Assembly (NCBI GenBank): GCA_965203565.1
Contig: OZ241896.1
Location: forward strand, 681,707 to 745,706
Length of the DNA: 64,000 nucleotides
Reading direction: 5' to 3'
From: Vicinamibacterales bacterium
GTDB taxonomy: Bacteria > Acidobacteriota > Vicinamibacteria > Vicinamibacterales > UBA8438
The notes under the pieces were generated by a model. That model was not told where the DNA came from. It ran no database searches and worked only from the letters and a program-made list of their open reading frames with translations. Within the stretch, counting starts at the first letter, position 1. Every line of letters starts with the position of its first letter. The position numbers were made by a program, and so were the translations under genes. This document shows positions 60,013 through 64,000 of this stretch, in pieces.

Positions 60013-61860
60013 TCAACGCTGCTGGTCCGGCAGGGCGAAGACGAACAGCCGGTTCCCCGCGCTGGAGCGGACCTCCGGCGTCAGGCGGGCGAGCGCGGAG
60101 GCGGCGCTGGCCGTGCCGGTGCTGACCGCGACGTACTGCCGGCCGTCGACCGCGTACGTGATCGGGAAGCCGGTCACCGCCGAGCCGAGGTTGATCTCCC
60201 ACAGCGCCTCGCCCGTCTCCTGATCGAACGCCCGGAACCGCCCGTTCACGTCCCCCCCGAACAGCAGCCCGCCGCCGGTCGCGACGAGCGACATGGTGGC
60301 GGAGCGCTGCTGATGCCTCCACAGCGTGACGCCCGTCTCCGCGGAGATCGCCTGCACCGTGCCGGCCTGGTCGACGCCGGGGGCCAGCTGATTCCGGACG
60401 GCGATCTTGTAGTGACTCTCCTCCTCCGGCGTGGTCAGCATCCGGGCGCAGACGTTGTTCAGCGGGAAGTACATCGCGTTGGTCAGCGGGCTGTACGCCC
60501 CCGCCTGCCAGTCCTTGCCGCCGAACCAGCTCGGGCAGGCCAGCACCTCCTGTCCCGCGGCGCTGAAGACCAGCTCGGCGTTCTCCGACACGGCGCCGGT
60601 CGCGCCGTCGATGGAGCTGATGACGTTCTGGGCCACGGTGGGGGTGGCCCAGAGGAACTCGCCGGTGGCGCGGTCGAGCGTGTAGACCACGCCGGTCTTG
60701 CCCGGAATGCCGGTGACCACCTGCCGCGTCTCGCCCGGCCGGACGCCCGGATTGATCCAGGCGACCTCGCCGAGGTCCGGCGTCACCGCAGTGTCGACCA
60801 GCAGCCGCTCGAACGGGTGGTCGAGGTCCCAGTGGTCGTTGAGGTGCTGGTAGTGCCACCGGATCTCGCCGGTGTCGGCGTCGAGCGCCAGCGTCGAGTT
60901 GTGGTACAGGTGCGCGTTGTCCGCGCCGCCGAGCAGGTACTTCGGCGCGGGGGAGGTGACCGACGTCCCGACGTAGACGAGGTTCAGCGCCGGGTCGTAG
61001 CTCGGGACCATCCAGGCGCCGACGTGCCCCCGCTTCTCGTACGGCACGCCGCCCCACGTCTCGTCGCCCGGCTCGCCCGGCGCGGGGATCGTCCGCGTGC
61101 GCCAGACCTCCGCCCCGGTCCGGGCGTCGTGCGCGGTGATCACGCACGCCTCGGGTCCGGCCCACGGCCGGCAGGTGCGCCCCGACACTGCCTTTCCGCC
61201 GGCGATGATCGGGCCGGACGAATGCCGGGCGGGGAGCTCCCGGTAGTTCAGGATCTCGGTCTCCCACGCCAGCCGGCCGGTCGCCGCGTCAAGGCGTGAC
61301 AGTCTTTTCCGGGTATGGCTGAAGATCGGTGTCTCCCACGCCAGCCGGCCGGTCGCCGCGTCGAGGGCGTAGACGTGGCCGTCGTTCCCGGTGTCGATGA
61401 TCAGGCCGCCGTAGATTGCGAAGTTCCGGTTCACGGTGACGGGGACGCGGATCTGCTCGTTCACGTCGCGCGGGATCGGGCGGCGGTACTCCCACCGGAG
61501 GTCGCCGGCGGCTGCGTCGATCGCCTGCGTGACGTCGTTCGGGTTCGGCATGTACATCACGCCGTCGTAGACGAGCGGCGTCCCCTGCTGGCTGCCCGGG
61601 CCGAGGCCGCGCGACCAGACCATCCGGAGGCCGCCGACGTTGCCGCGGTCGATCTGGTCGAGCGGGCTGTACCCCCAGCCGTCGGGCGTCCGGCGCCACG
61701 TGAGCCAGTCGCCGGGCGCCGGGTCCTGGAGCATCGCGTCGGTGACCGGCGTGAAGCCGGACGCGGCGGGCGCCTGCGCGGCCGCGGGACCCGCGGCGAG
61801 CGCCAGCAGCGCGCATGCGATCGGCAGGACGTGCCGGGAAGCGAGCGCCCGCCGGTTCAT
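60013..61860 (-). CDS. PQQ-dependent dehydrogenase (no cytochrome domain), tandem copy A, with 24-codon in-frame insertion
   Basis: MNRRALASRHVLPIACALLALAAGPAAAQ signal. PVTDAMLQDPAPGDWLTWRRTPDGWGYSPLDQIDRGNVG. Near-identical to copy B except for the insertion and the 3' end. Confidence 0.8.
   Translation of the reverse strand: MNRRALASRHVLPIACALLALAAGPAAAQAPAASGFTPVTDAMLQDPAPGDWLTWRRTPDGWGYSPLDQIDRGNVGGLRMVWSRGLGPGSQQGTPLVYDGVMYMPNPNDVTQAIDAAAGDLRWEYRRPIPRDVNEQIRVPVTVNRNFAIYGGLIIDTGNDGHVYALDAATGRLAWETPIFSHTRKRLSRLDAATGRLAWETEILNYRELPARHSSGPIIAGGKAVSGRTCRPWAGPEACVITAHDARTGAEVWRTRTIPAPGEPGDETWGGVPYEKRGHVGAWMVPSYDPALNLVYVGTSVTSPAPKYLLGGADNAHLYHNSTLALDADTGEIRWHYQHLNDHWDLDHPFERLLVDTAVTPDLGEVAWINPGVRPGETRQVVTGIPGKTGVVYTLDRATGEFLWATPTVAQNVISSIDGATGAVSENAELVFSAAGQEVLACPSWFGGKDWQAGAYSPLTNAMYFPLNNVCARMLTTPEEESHYKIAVRNQLAPGVDQAGTVQAISAETGVTLWRHQQRSATMSLVATGGGLLFGGDVNGRFRAFDQETGEALWEINLGSAVTGFPITYAVDGRQYVAVSTGTASAASALARLTPEVRSSAGNRLFVFALPDQQR
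61260..61362. repeat. 31-nt perfect direct repeat (61260-61290 and 61332-61362, 72-nt offset) bracketing a lower-GC 41-nt filler inside PQQ copy A
   Basis: TCTCCCACGCCAGCCGGCCGGTCGCCGCGTC occurs twice. Copy B has it once (about 63133-63163). Confidence 0.9.
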
Positions 61861-61895
61861 GCCAGGGCTCCTTGCGGGCGGCGTCCGGACGCCAG

Positions 61896-63662
61896 CTAGC
61901 CCGGCAGGGCGAAGACGAACAGCCGGTTCCCCGCGCTGGAGCGGACCTCCGGCGTCAGGCGGGCGAGCGCGGAGGCGGTGCTGGCCGTGCCGGTGCTGAC
62001 CGCGACGTACTGCCGGCCGTCGACCGCATACGTGATCGGGAAGCCGGTCACCGCCGAGCCGAGGTTGATCTCCCACAGCGCCTCGCCCGTCTCCTGGTCG
62101 AACGCCCGGAACCGCCCGTTCACGTCCCCCCCGAACAGCAGCCCGCCGCCGGTCGCGACGAGCGACATGGTGGCGGAGCGCTGCTGATGCCTCCACAGCG
62201 TGACGCCCGTCTCCGCGGAGATCGCCTGCACCGTGCCGGCCTGGTCGACGCCGGGAGCCAGCTGGTTCCGGGTGGCGATCTGGTAGTGGCTCTCCGCCTC
62301 CGGCGTGGTGAGCATCCGGGCGCAGACGTTGTTCAGCGGGAAGTACATCGCGTTGGTCAGCGGGCTGTACGCCCCCGCCTGCCAGTCCTTGCCGCCGAAC
62401 CAGCTCGGGCAGGCCAGCACCTCCTGTCCCGCGGCGCTGAAGACCAGCTCGGCGTTCTCCGACACGGCGCCGGTTGCGCCGTCGATGGAGCTGATGACGT
62501 TCTGGGCCACGGTGGGGGTGGCCCAGAGGAACTCGCCGGTGGCGCGGTCGAGCGTGTAGACCACGCCGGTCTTGCCCGGAATGCCGGTGACCACCTGCCG
62601 CGTCTCGCCCGGCCGGACGCCCGGATTGATCCAGGCGACCTCGCCGAGGTCCGGCGTCACCGCAGTGTCGACCAGCAGCCGCTCGAACGGGTGGTCGAGG
62701 TCCCAGTGGTCGTTGAGGTGCTGGTAGTGCCACCGGATCTCGCCGGTGTCGGCGTCGAGCGCCAGCGTCGAGTTGTGGTACAGGTGCGCGTTGTCCGCGC
62801 CGCCGAGCAGGTACTTCGGCGCGGGGGAGGTGACCGACGTCCCGACGTAGACGAGGTTCAGCGCCGGGTCGTAGCTCGGGGCCATCCAGGCGCCGACGTG
62901 CCCCCGCTTCTCGTACGGCACGCCGCCCCACGTCTCGTCGCCCGGCTCGCCCGGCGCCGGCACCAGGCGCCGGCGCCACAGCTCCGCGCCGGTCGCCGGG
63001 TCGTGCGCCGTGATCACGCACGCCTCGGGTCCGGCCCACGGCCGGCAGCTGCGCCCCGACACCACCTTTCCGCCGGCGATGATCGGGCCGGACGAATGCC
63101 GGGCGGGGAGCTCCCGGTAGTTCAGAATCTCGGTCTCCCACGCCAGCCGGCCGGTCGCCGCGTCGAGGGCGTAGGCGTAGCCGTCGTTCCCGGTGTCGAT
63201 GATCAGGCCGCCGTAGATCGCAAAGTTCCGGTTCACGGTGGCGAGACCGCGGATGTACTCGTTCACGTCGTCCGGGATCGGGCGGCGGTACTCCCACCGG
63301 AGGTCGCCGGCGGCTGCGTCGATCGCCTGCGTGACGTCGTTCGGGTTCGGCATGTACATCACGCCGTCGTAGACGAGCGGCGTCCCCTGCTGGCTGCCCG
63401 GGCCGAGGCCGCGCGACCAGACCATCCGAAGGTCGCCGACGTTGCCGCGATCGATCTGGTCGAGCGGGCTGTACCCCCAGCCGTCGGGCGTCCGTCGCCA
63501 CGTGAGCCAGTCGCCGGGCGCCGGGTCCTGGAGCATCGCGTCGGTGACCGGCGTGAAGCCGGACGCGGCGGGCGCCTGCGCGGCCGCGGGACCCGCGGCG
63601 AGCGCCAGCAGCGCGCATGCGATCGGCAGAACGTGTCGGGAAGCGAGCGCCCGCCGGTTCAT
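61896..63662 (-). CDS. PQQ-dependent dehydrogenase, tandem copy B
   Basis: 588 aa, with the same signal peptide and propeller motifs as copy A. Confidence 0.85.
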   Translation of the reverse strand: MNRRALASRHVLPIACALLALAAGPAAAQAPAASGFTPVTDAMLQDPAPGDWLTWRRTPDGWGYSPLDQIDRGNVGDLRMVWSRGLGPGSQQGTPLVYDGVMYMPNPNDVTQAIDAAAGDLRWEYRRPIPDDVNEYIRGLATVNRNFAIYGGLIIDTGNDGYAYALDAATGRLAWETEILNYRELPARHSSGPIIAGGKVVSGRSCRPWAGPEACVITAHDPATGAELWRRRLVPAPGEPGDETWGGVPYEKRGHVGAWMAPSYDPALNLVYVGTSVTSPAPKYLLGGADNAHLYHNSTLALDADTGEIRWHYQHLNDHWDLDHPFERLLVDTAVTPDLGEVAWINPGVRPGETRQVVTGIPGKTGVVYTLDRATGEFLWATPTVAQNVISSIDGATGAVSENAELVFSAAGQEVLACPSWFGGKDWQAGAYSPLTNAMYFPLNNVCARMLTTPEAESHYQIATRNQLAPGVDQAGTVQAISAETGVTLWRHQQRSATMSLVATGGGLLFGGDVNGRFRAFDQETGEALWEINLGSAVTGFPITYAVDGRQYVAVSTGTASTASALARLTPEVRSSAGNRLFVFALPG

Positions 63663-63721
63663 GTCAGGGCTCCTTTCGGAATCACTGTATCCGCGCCCGC
63701 CGTGCGGCGGGCCGGGTGCTC

Positions 63722-63781
63722 GGCATGCGGCGGCATGCGGCGGCATGCGTTGGCATACGTTGGCATACGTTGGCATACGTT
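63722..63781. repeat. 6 x 10-bp tandem repeat (GGCATGCGGC x2, GGCATGCGTT, GGCATACGTT x3) in a divergent promoter region
   Basis: Read directly. Unit junctions create TTGGCA (-35-like) hexamers every 10 bp. The last unit abuts TATCAT. Confidence 0.9.
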
Positions 63782-63786
63782 ATCAT
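63781..63786 (+). promoter_or_regulatory. candidate -10 box TATCAT for the + strand gene starting at 63816
   Basis: CGTTATCATGGGCGACC. TTGGCA lies 15 nt upstream. Confidence 0.3.
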
Positions 63787-63815
63787 GGGCGACCGCCCCG
63801 CGCGGGCTGAACGCG

Positions 63816-64000
63816 ATGCCGCCTGAAGCGACCGCCGCCGTCACGCCGCGGGACGTCTTCCTGTCGCCCGATCTGACGCAGGAGGCCGCCGCGGCCTTCC
63901 TGGCCGGGTACGGCCTGCGCGACGGCGCCGCCGCCGACCAGGAGCTCCAGCAGCTTGCCGACGACCTGCCCGGCCGGCAGGCGCTCGGCGATCTGGCCGG
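63816..64000 (+). CDS. 5' fragment of an unidentified gene (runs off the window)
   Basis: ATG followed by an open frame: MPPEATAAVTPRDVFLSPDLTQEAAAAFLAGYGLRDGAAADQELQQLADDLPGRQALGDLA. It vaguely resembles the N-terminus of GlnE-type adenylyltransferases, but this cannot be supported. Confidence 0.35.
   Translation, partial: MPPEATAAVTPRDVFLSPDLTQEAAAAFLAGYGLRDGAAADQELQQLADDLPGRQALGDLA

Noticed and set aside
61289-61300. 10-nt match CAAGGCGTGA between the 72-bp insertion filler and the MITE centre; also TTGG(G)CATACG shared by the 10-bp repeat unit (63750-63781) and the A-type MITE centre
   Set aside because: Matches of 10-11 nt are expected by chance at roughly the 0.1 level in this window. 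No flanking similarity supports a relationship.
60013-63618. 1201-aa ORF spanning both PQQ dehydrogenase copies
   Set aside because: Upstream of Met 61860 the frame runs through copy B out of frame (RRGSRGRAGARR...-type composition). The two genes have their own identical signal-peptide starts and separate stops.
3803-63815. tRNA, rRNA, riboswitch or other known structured RNA genes in intergenic regions
   Set aside because: Intergenic gaps are short. The longer ones (3803-4036, 11433-11756, 29329-29457, 45816-45998, 55113-55327, 63663-63815) are accounted for by MITEs, palindromes or promoter-like repeats. I saw nothing resembling a cloverleaf or a known leader, but I could not run a covariance search.

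Overview
Very GC-rich (about 70%) bacterial DNA. SurA and an autotransporter-type beta-barrel indicate a diderm, possibly a soil Acidobacteriota/Gemmatimonadota-like lineage (a guess). About 45 real genes are readable. Most other long ORFs in the track are Arg/Gly/Pro-rich off-frame or antisense artefacts of the GC content. Left end: an RTX protein and a 1955-aa Calx-beta/PKD/autotransporter-type adhesin, transcribed divergently from an AT-rich control region. The adhesin has a C15 tract at its 5' end. Next come hicAB, housekeeping-type genes (Rrf2 regulator, IscA-like, otsA, Mqn-like, CDP-alcohol phosphatidyltransferase, SSS transporter), vapBC, and several periplasmic PQQ dehydrogenases. The most unusual block is 29.4-45.8 kb on the minus strand. 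It holds seven head-to-tail paralogues of a polytopic GT-C/ArnT-PMT-like membrane protein, joined by ATGA stop/start overlaps to one another and to a cytochrome-c/PQQ dehydrogenase gene. A previously unannotated 158-bp MITE-like element occurs five times plus one half copy. It has 10-bp perfect TIRs, 4-bp target-site duplications and two subfamilies. It carries an internal AGGAGG-N7-TTG module and appears to supply the translation starts or N-termini of several host genes. Also present: a roughly 2440-codon FN3/Ig-like giant gene interrupted by a +1 frame break, and three paralogues of an uncharacterised 'ACHEGNY' domain, one fused to a B3 metallo-beta-lactamase. There is also a near-identical tandem PQQ-dehydrogenase pair with a 72-bp in-frame insertion, and a 6 x 10-bp tandem repeat in a divergent promoter. 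No rRNA, tRNA or CRISPR array was seen. Coordinates I derived by hand may be off by 1-2 nt.
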